Positions 48,417-58,294 of a DNA stretch of 64,000 nucleotides are shown here, in pieces (within the stretch, counting starts at the first letter, position 1; the number at the start of each line of letters is the position of its first letter). Where the stretch lies: contig JBGVDK010000129.1 in the NCBI GenBank assembly GCA_045119355.1, positions 104 to 64,103 on the forward strand, in the 5' to 3' direction. The position numbers and the translations under genes were made by a program. The DNA is from Faecousia sp. Its GTDB lineage: Bacteria; Bacillota; Clostridia; Oscillospirales; Oscillospiraceae. The notes under the pieces are model-generated. The model ran no database searches. It worked only from the letters and a program-made list of their open reading frames with translations, and was not told where the DNA came from.

Positions 48417-48636
48417 AACTAGATAGTACCATATAAAACCTACAATGTCAATAGGCAAATGCAGGAAAAAGAAAAAACCTTCTCTGGGGACAAATCCCAG
48501 AAAAGGCTTGTATTGCGGATAAAACTGTGATAAACTAAATTGATTTATTATGCTGATAAGAATGGAGCATCTGTTATGCGTTAAGATTTCTATCTTTTCA
48601 GAAACCTTACATCTAATAATGGAGTGATAAAATACA

Positions 48637-50229
48637 ATGGCTACTTTACACGAAGAGATCAGCCGCCGCCGGACCTTCGCCATCATTTCCCACCCCGACG
48701 CCGGTAAGACCACCCTGACCGAAAAGTTCCTGCTCTACGGCGGCGCCATCGCCCAGGCAGGCGTGGTCAAGGGCAAGAAGAATTCCCGTGCCGCTACCTC
48801 CGACTGGATGGAGATCGAGAAGCAGAGAGGCATCTCTGTCACCTCCTCCGTCATGCAGTTCCAGTACGGCGGCTTCTGCATCAACATCCTGGACACCCCC
48901 GGCCACCAGGATTTCTCCGAGGATACCTACCGGACTCTGATGGCCGCGGACTCCGCCGTCATGGTCATCGACGGCGCCAAGGGCGTGGAGCCCCAGACCC
49001 GGAAGCTGTTCAAGGTCTGCGCCATGCGCCACATCCCCATCTTCACCTTCGTCAACAAGATGGACCGGGAGACCAAGGACCCCTTCGACCTGCTGGATGA
49101 GGTGGAGCGGGAGCTGGGCATTGAGACCTACGCCATGAACTGGCCCATCGGCTGCGGCAAGGATTTCCAGGGCGTTTACGACCGGGAAAAGGAGGAGCTG
49201 CTGTTCTTCTCCGGTGTCAATGGCCGGGCCAAGGCCGACAAGCTGGAGGTGGACCTGTACGATCCCCAGGTTGCCGAGCTTCTGGATAGCGAAGCCAAGC
49301 ACCAGCAGCTGATTGACGACGTGGAGCTCCTCTCCGCTGGTCGGGAAATGGACATGGAGGCCGTCCGCAAGGGCCAGCTCTCCCCCGTGTTCTTCGGCTC
49401 CGCCCTGACCAACTTCGGCATCGAGCCCTTCCTGGAGGCCTTCCTGAAGCTGACTCCCCCTCCCCTGGCAAGAACCGCCGACTGCGGCGAGATCGACACC
49501 TTCTCCCCGGACTTCTCCGCCTTCGTCTTCAAGATCCAGGCCAACATGAACAAGGCCCACCGGGACCGGCTGGCCTTCATGCGGATCTGCTCCGGCAAGT
49601 TCAGCCGGGACACCGAGTATTTCCACGTCCAGGGCAACAAGAAAATGCGCCTGAGCCAGCCCCAGCAGCTGATGGCCGCGGAGCGTGAGATCGTGGAGGA
49701 GGCCTACGCCGGCGACGTCATCGGCGTCTTCGATCCCGGCATCTTCTCCATCGGCGACACCATCACCACCCCCGGCAAGAAGTTCAGGTATTCCGGCATC
49801 CCCACCTTCGCTCCCGAGCACTTCGCCCGGGTCTCTGCCAAGGACTCCATGAAGCGCAAGCAGTTCGTCAAGGGCACCGAGCAGATCGCCCAGGAGGGCG
49901 CCATCCAGATCTTCAAGGTTCCCAACTCCGGTATGGAGGAGGTCATTGTGGGCGTCGTGGGCACCCTGCAGTTTGAAGTGTTCCAGTACCGGATGAAGAA
50001 CGAGTACGGTGTGGACCTGCGGATGGAGTATCTGCCCTACGAGGAGATCCGGAAGATTGACGCCTACAAGGGCGATTTGACGGACCTGAACCTGGGTTCC
50101 GACGCGGAGCTTTTGGAGGATTATCACGGCAACAATCTGCTGGTGTATTCCAGCTACTGGGCCATCGACTTCATCAACCGGAGAAATCCTGGGTTGGAAG
50201 TATCCGAGATCGTGGTTGAAGAGGGTTAA
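48637..50229 (+). CDS. prfC: Peptide chain release factor 3
   Basis: RRTFAIISHPDAGKTT, DTPGHQDFSEDTYR, NKMD, HRDR. Confidence 0.97.
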   Translation: MATLHEEISRRRTFAIISHPDAGKTTLTEKFLLYGGAIAQAGVVKGKKNSRAATSDWMEIEKQRGISVTSSVMQFQYGGFCINILDTPGHQDFSEDTYRTLMAADSAVMVIDGAKGVEPQTRKLFKVCAMRHIPIFTFVNKMDRETKDPFDLLDEVERELGIETYAMNWPIGCGKDFQGVYDREKEELLFFSGVNGRAKADKLEVDLYDPQVAELLDSEAKHQQLIDDVELLSAGREMDMEAVRKGQLSPVFFGSALTNFGIEPFLEAFLKLTPPPLARTADCGEIDTFSPDFSAFVFKIQANMNKAHRDRLAFMRICSGKFSRDTEYFHVQGNKKMRLSQPQQLMAAEREIVEEAYAGDVIGVFDPGIFSIGDTITTPGKKFRYSGIPTFAPEHFARVSAKDSMKRKQFVKGTEQIAQEGAIQIFKVPNSGMEEVIVGVVGTLQFEVFQYRMKNEYGVDLRMEYLPYEEIRKIDAYKGDLTDLNLGSDAELLEDYHGNNLLVYSSYWAIDFINRRNPGLEVSEIVVEEG

Positions 50230-50249
50230 ACGGTACAGACCATCAAGTT

Positions 50250-50361
50250 TGTCATCCTGAGCGGAGCGCAAGCGAAGTCGAAGGATCTTCGCACTATAAT
50301 AATATTTGCAGTTAAATCGGTGCGAAGATCCTTCGACTCGCTACGCTCGCTCAGGATGACA
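50250..50361. repeat. TGTCATCCTGAGC palindromic element
   Basis: Same architecture as 11209-11319. Confidence 0.9.
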
Positions 50362-50379
50362 GCCTTTCTAATTGCATAA

Positions 50380-50411
50380 CAAAAAGACCGCATCTTCGGA
50401 TGCGGTCTTTT
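50380..50411. terminator. Bidirectional terminator
   Basis: AAAAGACCGCATC TTCG GATGCGGTCTTTT. Confidence 0.85.
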
Positions 50412-50419
50412 CACATTCA

Positions 50420-51085
50420 TTATTTTTCTTTCTTTTCCCGCTTCGCGGGCTTGACATCATTCCAGACCACCGGGTCCACGGCCTTCAGCAGCAGCCAGTT
50501 GTTGAGGTACGCCGTGATGGCGAAGCCCACCAGGAACCAGAACATCCAGGTCTGCATAAACAGCGCCGGGCTGAAGAAAAACAGCACGAAGGGCAGCAGG
50601 TTCAGGGCTACGGCAACCAGGGGCCGCCAGCCTGCCTTGATGGCGTTGAGAAAGCTCCCCTTGATGATATCGAGAATTTTGTCCTCCTTCTCAGACCGGA
50701 TCAGGGTCATGGGGGCCAGGGCTAAGGTGGCGAAGTAGAAATAGGAGGTTGCCAGAATCACGCCGAAGCAGAGCACTGCCATCACCTGGCCAAGCTGGGT
50801 TGCGCAGACCAGGTCCACCACCACGAACGCGCCGAAGGCCAGGGAGATGAGGAACAGCGCCGTGCCCTTCTTGAAGTTCCGGCCGAAGGCGGTGAAGAAC
50901 GTCCGGGACACGCCGGTGGCGTCCTGGGTCAGCAGGGCCTGGACGGTGTCATAGAGGGCCGCGCAGCTTGTGCCGATGGTGAAAATGGGCACGCAGCTGA
51001 GGAAAAACAGCAGGTTCAGGATGCACAGGTCGGCCAGCAGCGCGATGGCCTTGCCCAGGGGGGAATCGAGGGAGAAAAGTTTCAT
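50420..51085 (-). CDS. YesL/DUF624 family membrane protein
   Basis: DLCILNLLF..SCVPIFTIG...ALY, FGRNFK. Confidence 0.85.
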   Translation of the reverse strand: MKLFSLDSPLGKAIALLADLCILNLLFFLSCVPIFTIGTSCAALYDTVQALLTQDATGVSRTFFTAFGRNFKKGTALFLISLAFGAFVVVDLVCATQLGQVMAVLCFGVILATSYFYFATLALAPMTLIRSEKEDKILDIIKGSFLNAIKAGWRPLVAVALNLLPFVLFFFSPALFMQTWMFWFLVGFAITAYLNNWLLLKAVDPVVWNDVKPAKREKKEK

Positions 51086-51120
51086 GGGAAGCTCCTTTGG
51101 CGAACAGCGGAGCTGTTCGG

Positions 51121-51153
51121 AATTGAAAATTGATAATTGACAATTGAAAATTG
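51121..51153 (+). repeat. Heptamer array (AATTGAN)n
   Basis: AATTGAAAATTGATAATTGACAATTGAAAATT, identical to the array near 32125. Confidence 0.85.
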
Positions 51154-51245
51154 TGGTATCGCTTCGCGATGGATTTAACTATTATATCAGGCTGTTTCTA
51201 TTTTGGCAAGATTTTGCCGGAAAGAAACCAATAAATGCGTCTGCG

Positions 51246-51274
51246 TTGACTTTTGAATAAAAAATGCGTATAAT
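51246..51274 (+). promoter_or_regulatory. sigmaA promoter
   Basis: TTGACT-17 bp-TATAAT. Confidence 0.75.
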
Positions 51275-51316
51275 ATACTAGATTTATTATGGGTAAAAAA
51301 TGGCAGGTTTTGAATT

Positions 51317-53299
51317 ATGGCAAAAAAAGCACAACAGCAATATGGCAATTCCAGCATCTCCATGCTCAAGGGCGAGGACCGGGTCCGCAAGCGTCCCGCG
51401 GTCATCTTCGGCTCCGACGATTTGGAGGGCTGTAAGCACGCGGTGTTCGAGATCGTTTCCAACGCCATCGACGAGGCCCGGGAGGGCCACGGTGACACCA
51501 TCATCGTCACCCGGTACGAGGACCTGAGCGTGGAAGTGGAGGACTTTGGCCGGGGCTGCCCGGTGGACTGGAACGAAAAGGAACAGCGCTATAACTGGGA
51601 CCTGGTGTTCTGCGAGCTCTACGCAGGCGGCAAGTACGGCGAGAACGGGGAAAACTATGAGTATTCCCTGGGCCTGAACGGCCTGGGCTCCTGTGCCACC
51701 CAGTATTCCTCCGCGTTTTTCGACGCCACCATCCGGCGGGACGGCTTCAAATACACCCTTCACTTTGAGAAGGGCCGGAACATCGGCGGCCTGAAAAAGG
51801 AACCGGCGGACCGGAAAAAGACCGGCTCCTGCTTCCGCTGGAAGCCGGATACCGAGGTCTTCACCGACATCAGCATCCCCGCGGAATATTACCGGGATAT
51901 GCTCAAGCGCCAGGCGGTGGTCAACCCCGGCGTCACCATCCGGTTCCGCAACCAGGTGGACGGCAAATTTGAGACCGAGGAATATTGCTACGAGAACGGC
52001 ATCAAGCAGTATCTGGAGGAGCTGGTGGGGGACGACGCCTTCACCATGCCGGTGTACTGGGAGACCGAGCGCCGGGGCCGGGACGCCGCCAACCGCCCCG
52101 AGATGAAGCTGAAGATCACCGCGTCCTTCTGCTTCTCCAAGAAGGTCAGCCGGGTGGAATACTATCACAACTCCTCCTGGCTGGAGTACGGCGGCAGCCC
52201 GGACAAGGCGGTGCGCTCCGCCTTTGTCTCCGCCTTTGACAAATATCTGAAGGATTCGGGCAAATACTCCAAGAACGAGGCCAAGATCACCATCCAGGAC
52301 GTTCTGGACAGCCTTGTGATCATCACCAACTGCTTCTCCACCATCGGCTGCTTCGAGAACCAGACCAAGAAGTCGGTCAACAGTAAGTTCACCCAGGAGG
52401 CCATGACCGCCTTCCTCCGGGAGCAGCTCACCGTTTGGTTCCTGGAAAATAAGCAGGAGGCCGACCGGGCCGCGGATCAGATCCTGGTGAACAAGCGGGC
52501 GAGAGAATCCGCCGAAAAGACCAAAAGTAGCGTCAAGAAGAAGCTCTCCGGCACCGTGGACATCGCCAACCGGGTCCAGAAGTTTGTGGACTGCCGGAGC
52601 CGGGACACCTCCCTCCGGGAGCTCTACATCGTGGAGGGCGACTCCGCATTGGGCAGCGTTAAAATGTCCCGTGACGCGGAGTTCCAGGGCATCATGCCCA
52701 TCCGGGGCAAGATCCTCAACTGTCTGAAGGCGGACTACAACCGAATCTTCGCCAGCCCCATCATCACCGACCTGATGAAGGTCCTGGGCTGCGGCGTGGA
52801 GATCACCGGGAAAAAGGCCAAGGAGCTTTCTTCCTTCGACATGGAGAACCTCCGGTGGAGCAAGGTCATCATCTGTACCGATGCCGACGAGGACGGCTTC
52901 CACATCCGGACGCTGGTGCTGACCATGCTCTACCGGCTGTGCCCCACGCTGATCCGGGAGGGCTATGTGTTCATCGCCGAGTCTCCCCTGTTCGAGATCA
53001 CCTGCAAGGACAAGACCTGGTTCGCCTACAATGAGCCGGAGAAAAATAAGATTTTGAAGGGCCTGGAGGGCAAGAAAGTCACCATCCAGCGGTCCAAGGG
53101 TCTCGGCGAAAACGACCCGGAGATGATGTGGATGACCACCATGAACCCGGAGACGAGACGCCTCATCAAGGTCATGCCCGAGGACATCGAACGGACGGCC
53201 TGGTATTTTGACGTATTGCTCGGCGACGAGCTGGCCCAGAGAAAGGACTTCATCGCCGAGAACGGCGCGAAGTATTTGGATTTAGCGGATCTTTCCTGA
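51317..53299 (+). CDS. parE: Type IIA topoisomerase B subunit paralog (ParE-like)
   Basis: VRKRP, FEIVSNAIDE, DFGRG, GLNGLG, EGDSA, PIRGK, DADEDG, KGLGE. Confidence 0.85.
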   Translation: MAKKAQQQYGNSSISMLKGEDRVRKRPAVIFGSDDLEGCKHAVFEIVSNAIDEAREGHGDTIIVTRYEDLSVEVEDFGRGCPVDWNEKEQRYNWDLVFCELYAGGKYGENGENYEYSLGLNGLGSCATQYSSAFFDATIRRDGFKYTLHFEKGRNIGGLKKEPADRKKTGSCFRWKPDTEVFTDISIPAEYYRDMLKRQAVVNPGVTIRFRNQVDGKFETEEYCYENGIKQYLEELVGDDAFTMPVYWETERRGRDAANRPEMKLKITASFCFSKKVSRVEYYHNSSWLEYGGSPDKAVRSAFVSAFDKYLKDSGKYSKNEAKITIQDVLDSLVIITNCFSTIGCFENQTKKSVNSKFTQEAMTAFLREQLTVWFLENKQEADRAADQILVNKRARESAEKTKSSVKKKLSGTVDIANRVQKFVDCRSRDTSLRELYIVEGDSALGSVKMSRDAEFQGIMPIRGKILNCLKADYNRIFASPIITDLMKVLGCGVEITGKKAKELSSFDMENLRWSKVIICTDADEDGFHIRTLVLTMLYRLCPTLIREGYVFIAESPLFEITCKDKTWFAYNEPEKNKILKGLEGKKVTIQRSKGLGENDPEMMWMTTMNPETRRLIKVMPEDIERTAWYFDVLLGDELAQRKDFIAENGAKYLDLADLS

Positions 53300-53308
53300 T
53301 AAGGAACT

Positions 53309-53417
53309 GTAGGGACCGGCGTCCCCGACGGTCCGTCGTGAAAATGGAACATTTTCACGAAACCAAGCACCCAATAGCCGCTGCGCGGAGCGGACCGTCC
53401 AGGAGGCCGGTCCCTAC
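53309..53417. repeat. GTAG REPIN family A with a divergent spacer
   Basis: Inverted REP pair between the two topoisomerase subunit genes. Confidence 0.9.
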
Positions 53418-53450
53418 AAGGCAGATTTTTGAGATACGAAGGAGCCAACT

Positions 53451-55697
53451 ATGGCACGAAAAAAGAACGAACCTGACAAGAAGAAAAAAGTGAACACCGA
53501 TGGCGTGGTTGGCCTGGTGGGCTCCACCACGGAACAGCCCATCTCCGCGACCCTGGAGCTGAACTTCATGCCCTACGCCATGTCCGCCATCGTCTCCCGG
53601 GCCATCCCGGAGATCGACGGCTTCAAGCCCTCCCACCGGAAGCTCCTGTACACCATGTACGACATGGGCCTGCTCACCAAGCCCCGGACCAAGTCCGCCA
53701 ACATCGTGGGCCAGACCATGAAGCTCAACCCCCACGGCGACGCCGCCATCTACGAGACCATGGTCCGCCTCGCCCGGGGCAACGAGACCCTGCTCCATCC
53801 CTTCGTGGACTCCAAGGGCAACTTCGGCAAGGTCTATTCCCGGGACATGGCCTACGCCGCCCCCCGTTACACCGAGGCGAAGCTGGAACCCTTCTCCGCG
53901 GAGCTGTTCCGGGACATCGATTCCGACACCGTGGATATGGTGGACAACTACGACGCCACCATGAAGGAGCCTGCCCTGCTCCCCACCACCTTCCCCAACG
54001 TGCTGGTGAACCCCAACCAGGGCATCGCGGTCGGCATGGCGTCCAACATCTGCTCCTTCAACCTGAAGGAGGTCTGCGACACCACCATCGCCCTGATGAA
54101 GAACCCCGACCACGACGTGCTGGAAACCATGCCCGGTCCCGACTTCTCCACCGGCGGCGAGCTTCTGTATGACGAAGCCCAGTTCCGGGAAATTTACAAT
54201 ACGGGCCGCGGCTCCTTCCGGCTCCGGGCCAAGTGGCGCTACCTGAAAGAGGGCAACCTGATCGAAATTTACGAGATCCCCTATTCCACCTCCACCGAGG
54301 TCATCATGGACAAGGTGGCGGACCTGATCAAGCAGGGCAAGATCAAGGAAATCGCCGATATGCGTGACGAGACCGACCTGGGCGGTCTGAAGCTGACCAT
54401 CGACCTGAAGCGCGGCGTGGACCCGGAGAAGCTGATGGCCAAGCTCTTCCGGATGACCCCCTTGCAGGACAGCTTCGCCTGCAATTTCAACATCCTCATT
54501 GCCGGTATGCCCAGGGTCATGGGCGTGAAGGAGATCATCGAGGAGTGGACAGCCTGGCGCACCGAATGCGTCCGGCGGCGGATCTACTTCCAGATCGGCA
54601 GGAAGTCCGACCGGCTCCACCTGCTGCAAGGCTTGGCAAAAATCCTGCTGGACATCGACAAGGCGGTCTCCATCATCCGCAACACCGAGCTGGAAAGCGA
54701 GGTCGTGCCCAACCTGATGATCGGCTTCGGCATCGACGAGATCCAGGCGAATTACGTCGCCGAGATCAAGCTGCGGAACATCAACCGGGAGTACATCCTG
54801 AAGCAGACCCGGGCCATCGAGGACCTGGAAGAGGAGATCGCCGACCTGGAAGCCACCCTGAAAAACCCCCGGAAGCTTCAGAAGGTGATCATCGACGAGC
54901 TGAATCAGGTGGTCAAGAAGTACGCCCAGCCCCGGAAGACCGAGATCGTCTACGGCTCCGCAGAAGCCGAAGAGGACGAGGAAGAGGAGGAGCAGGTCCC
55001 CGAGACCCCGGTCCACCTGATCGTCTCCAAACAGGGCTACCTGAAGAAAATCTCGCCCCAGTCCCTCCGGATGTCCGGCGAGCAGAAATTCAAGGAGGGC
55101 GACAGCCTTTCCTTCACCGTGGAGACCACCTCCCGGGCGGAGCTGCTGGTCTTCACCGACCAGTTCCAGTGCTACAAGACCCGGCTCTCCGAGTTCGAGG
55201 ACTCCAAGGCCTCGGTCCTCGGCGAGTACCTGCCCGCCAAGCTGGGCATGGACCCCGGCGAGAACGTGGTGAAGGTGGTCCTTGCGGGAGATTACTCGGG
55301 CTTCGTGCTGTTCTTCTTCGAGAACGGCAAGGCCGCCAAGGTGCCCCTCAGCGCCTACGAAACCAAGACCAACCGCCGGAAGCTCACCGGCGCCTACTCC
55401 GACAAGAGCCCCTTGAAGACCATCCTTTTCCTCAGCGAGGACACCCAGCTGGTGGCCTACTCCACCGATAACCGGGCGATGATCTTCAATACCGCCCTCC
55501 TGGCTCCCAAGACCACCCGGGCCACCCAGGGCGTCAACGTGCTGACCCTGCGGAAGAAAGCGGCCCTGGACTTCGCCGCATTGCTCGAGGGCAGCAACAT
55601 CACCAACGAGACCCGCTACCGTGCCAAGGCCATCCCCGCCGCCGGCGCGGTGCTCAAGCCCGAGGAAGCGCCCCAGGCGCAGATTTCACTCTTGTAA
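53451..55697 (+). CDS. parC: Type IIA topoisomerase A subunit paralog (ParC-like)
   Basis: DGFKP, PHGD, AAPRYTEAKL, GIAVGMA; no GyrA box seen. Confidence 0.85.
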   Translation: MARKKNEPDKKKKVNTDGVVGLVGSTTEQPISATLELNFMPYAMSAIVSRAIPEIDGFKPSHRKLLYTMYDMGLLTKPRTKSANIVGQTMKLNPHGDAAIYETMVRLARGNETLLHPFVDSKGNFGKVYSRDMAYAAPRYTEAKLEPFSAELFRDIDSDTVDMVDNYDATMKEPALLPTTFPNVLVNPNQGIAVGMASNICSFNLKEVCDTTIALMKNPDHDVLETMPGPDFSTGGELLYDEAQFREIYNTGRGSFRLRAKWRYLKEGNLIEIYEIPYSTSTEVIMDKVADLIKQGKIKEIADMRDETDLGGLKLTIDLKRGVDPEKLMAKLFRMTPLQDSFACNFNILIAGMPRVMGVKEIIEEWTAWRTECVRRRIYFQIGRKSDRLHLLQGLAKILLDIDKAVSIIRNTELESEVVPNLMIGFGIDEIQANYVAEIKLRNINREYILKQTRAIEDLEEEIADLEATLKNPRKLQKVIIDELNQVVKKYAQPRKTEIVYGSAEAEEDEEEEEQVPETPVHLIVSKQGYLKKISPQSLRMSGEQKFKEGDSLSFTVETTSRAELLVFTDQFQCYKTRLSEFEDSKASVLGEYLPAKLGMDPGENVVKVVLAGDYSGFVLFFFENGKAAKVPLSAYETKTNRRKLTGAYSDKSPLKTILFLSEDTQLVAYSTDNRAMIFNTALLAPKTTRATQGVNVLTLRKKAALDFAALLEGSNITNETRYRAKAIPAAGAVLKPEEAPQAQISLL

Positions 55698-55770
55698 GTG
55701 CTCAGTGCACAGTGCATAGTGCTGAGTTTGTGAAAAAGACTATGCACTCAGCACTTAGCACTCAGCACTC
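55696..55770. repeat. Inverted heptamer array (AGTGCTG family)
   Basis: 4 direct and 4 inverted units. Confidence 0.85.
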
Positions 55771-55788
55771 TACAAACGGAGGTTCGCT

Positions 55789-56652
55789 ATGAGAAAGACA
55801 ATGGAAAACCTGCTGTGGGGCGCCAAGGTCGCCCTGGGCTGTGCCATCTTCGCGTTGGGCTTCGACTTGTTTCTCGAGCCCAACGGCCTGAACGCCGGCG
55901 GCATCTCCGGCATCGCCATGATCATCACCCACGTCACCGGCTTCGGCTCTGTGGGTACCCTGTCCGCGCTGATCAATCTGCCTCTGTTCTTCCTGGGCGG
56001 GAAGAAGATCGGCGTGAAGTTTTTCGTGGGCTCCCTGCTTGGCACGGTGCTGCTGTCGCTGTTTCTGGACCTGTTCACCCTGATCCCAGTGATCGAGACC
56101 GAACCGCTCCTCGCCTGCCTCTACGGCGGCATCATCTGCGGTTTGGGCCTGGGCGTCGTGTTTATGTCGGGAGCCTCCACCGGCGGCTCGGACATTCTGG
56201 TTCGGCTGCTGAAGAGCAAATACCGGAATATGAACATCGGCGAGATCTCCATCGTCATGGATGTGGCGGTGGCGGCCCTCACCGGCTTCCTCTTCGGGGA
56301 CATCGCCAATATGCTGTATATCCTGATCACCGTCTTCGTCTCCGGCCAGGTGGTGGACGCGGTGGTGTATAAGTTCGACTACTCGAAGGTGGCCTATATC
56401 ATCAGCGGCAAGCATCAGCAGATCGCCGACGCCATCAATGACAAGCTGGAACGGGGCGTGACCTATCTCTACGGCCAGGGCTACTTCTCCGGCTCCGACA
56501 CCAAGGTCATCCTCACCGCGGTGAAGAAGGGCCAGCTGGCCCAGCTGAAGGAGATGGTGGTTTCCATCGACCCGGGCGCCTTCATCATCGTCCAGGAGGC
56601 CCACCAGGTTCTGGGCGACGGCTTCGCAAAATTCACCCACGATTCCCTGTAA
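55789..56652 (+). CDS. YitT family membrane protein
   Basis: GGISGIA, STGGSD, RGVT, IDPGAF. Confidence 0.92.
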   Translation: MRKTMENLLWGAKVALGCAIFALGFDLFLEPNGLNAGGISGIAMIITHVTGFGSVGTLSALINLPLFFLGGKKIGVKFFVGSLLGTVLLSLFLDLFTLIPVIETEPLLACLYGGIICGLGLGVVFMSGASTGGSDILVRLLKSKYRNMNIGEISIVMDVAVAALTGFLFGDIANMLYILITVFVSGQVVDAVVYKFDYSKVAYIISGKHQQIADAINDKLERGVTYLYGQGYFSGSDTKVILTAVKKGQLAQLKEMVVSIDPGAFIIVQEAHQVLGDGFAKFTHDSL

Positions 56653-56671
56653 GGAAAGGGGGAAACGCCCC

Positions 56672-57796
56672 GTGAAACGAATCTTGTGCCTGATCCTGGC
56701 GGCTGCCGCAGCGATAAGCTGCGCCGGCTGCGGCTGGATGGAGGGCAGCCATGTGTCCGTCAAGCCCCATCAGGTGGGCTACTCCCAGGAGGAGCAGAAT
56801 GAAAGCGTGATTTCCAGCTACTCGGAGCTGCGCAGCGCCGTCACCGGCCTCATCGACGACCGGGCCGAGGAGGGCGTGTTCCCCCTGTCCGACTACTCCG
56901 AGGAGGACGTGACCAGGGACATGGAGGCAGTGATCTCCTACGCCACCTCCATCTACCCCGTGGGCGTCTACGCCGTGTCCCGGGTCCAGTATGCCTGCGG
57001 CCAGAATCTGCTGTCCGTGCGGATCGAATACCGCCGGAGCAAGGCGGAGATCGACCGGATCCGCACGGTCCGGGGGGTGGACGGCGCAAAGGCGGCCATC
57101 AACGAGGCCCTGGCGGATTACGAGGACTCCCTGGTGCTCCAGATCACCGGCTACACCGAGACGGATTTCGTCCAGTATGTGGCGGATTACGCGGCGCTGT
57201 ACCCGGAGGTGGTGATGGAGCTGCCCCAGGTCACCGCCCAGGTCTATCCCCAGCAGGGAACGGTGCGGATTTTGGAGCTGCAATTTTCCTACCAGACCAG
57301 CCGGGATTCCCTCCGGTTTATGCTCAGCCAGGTGAAGCAGGTCTTCTCCTCCGCCCGGCTGTATGTCACCGGCGATGCCGACGACGCCGTGAAGCTGAAC
57401 CAGCTCTACGGCTTCCTCATGGAGCGCTTTGACTATTCCATCCAGACCTCCATCACCCCCAGCTATTCCCTGCTGTGCTACGGCGTGGGAGACAGCCGGG
57501 CCTTCGCCCAGGTCTACGCCGCCATGTGCCGCCAGATCGGCCTGGAAGCCATGACGGTCTCCGGTACATATAACGGCGAGAGCCGGTTCTGGAACATTGT
57601 GAAGAACGGGGACACCTATTACCATGTGGACCTGCTGGAATGCGCCCACCGGGGCAGCTTCCGGCTCCTGGCCGATGGGGAGATGGGCGCCTACGTGTGG
57701 GACTACTCGGCGTATCCGGCCTGCGGCGTCCCGGTGGAGGAGCCGGAGGAGACCACCGCTCCCACGGAAACGGAGACCACGGAAATTGCCGAATAA
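56672..57796 (+). CDS. Lipoprotein with a degenerate transglutaminase-like domain
   Basis: Signal peptide ending AGC; GDSRAFA, FWNIV, YYHVD (catalytic Cys/His apparently replaced). Confidence 0.75.
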   Translation: MKRILCLILAAAAAISCAGCGWMEGSHVSVKPHQVGYSQEEQNESVISSYSELRSAVTGLIDDRAEEGVFPLSDYSEEDVTRDMEAVISYATSIYPVGVYAVSRVQYACGQNLLSVRIEYRRSKAEIDRIRTVRGVDGAKAAINEALADYEDSLVLQITGYTETDFVQYVADYAALYPEVVMELPQVTAQVYPQQGTVRILELQFSYQTSRDSLRFMLSQVKQVFSSARLYVTGDADDAVKLNQLYGFLMERFDYSIQTSITPSYSLLCYGVGDSRAFAQVYAAMCRQIGLEAMTVSGTYNGESRFWNIVKNGDTYYHVDLLECAHRGSFRLLADGEMGAYVWDYSAYPACGVPVEEPEETTAPTETETTEIAE

Positions 57797-57811
57797 TTTT
57801 TAAAAAAGGGC

Positions 57812-57840
57812 TTGACAAATCGGGAACCCGGATGTATAAT
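57812..57840 (+). promoter_or_regulatory. Consensus sigmaA promoter of tRNA-Gly
   Basis: TTGACA-17 bp-TATAAT. Confidence 0.9.
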
Positions 57841-57867
57841 GCATCATGTTCTAAGGAATAAGCCCAT

Positions 57868-57943
57868 GCGGGTGTAGCTCATCCGGTAGAGCGCCACCTT
57901 GCCAAGGTGGAGGTAGCGAGTTCGAGCCTCGTCACCCGCTCCA
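57868..57943 (+). tRNA. tRNA-Gly(GCC)
   Basis: Cloverleaf GCGGGTG...CACCCGC TCCA, anticodon GCC. Confidence 0.96.
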
Positions 57944-57977
57944 AAAAAGACCGAAGCGAAAGCTTCGGTCTTTTTTT
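57944..57977 (+). terminator. tRNA terminator
   Basis: AAAAAGACCGAAGC GAAA GCTTCGGTCTTTTTTT. Confidence 0.9.
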
Positions 57978-57980
57978 ATC

Positions 57981-58088
57981 AACCCAGATCCCGCCGGGAT
58001 CTGGGTTGTTTCACTTTCTGCTGATGCAGAAAATTTCACAATGGCCACAGGCCATTATTTCACATTTGCCGCCAGGCAAATATTTCAC
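57981..58088. repeat. ATTTCAC-punctuated hairpin array, half copy
   Basis: RTTTCAC at 58008, 58033, 58057 and 58082 with stems TTTCTGC/GCAGAAA, AATGGCC/GGCCATT and ATTTGCC/GGCAAAT; reverse complement of 27216-27297. Confidence 0.9.
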
Positions 58089-58258
58089 TAAAAATCCGAT
58101 TTTATAGAAACCTTCCGACCTTCCCTCAGAAAGCCGGGAGAATACCGACCAGTTCCCCTACCGGCCCAGGAATGCGATGGGCGGCGGAAGTGACCTGGCA
58201 GAGGCGGTGAAGAAGTAGAGTATCGATTTATTGTTTTATTGACGCGCTAAAACAATGC

Positions 58259-58294
58259 TGTCATTGCCACGGGCCTACAGCCCTCGCAATGACG
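58259..58294. repeat. Internally deleted TGTCATTGC...GCAATGAC element
   Basis: Ends match 26301-26421. Confidence 0.7.

Noticed and set aside
58090-58250. Possible gene remnant or integrated island after tRNA-Gly(GCC)
   Set aside because: Only a short frame ending ...DLAEAVKK*; no RBS, integrase or duplicated tRNA 3' end
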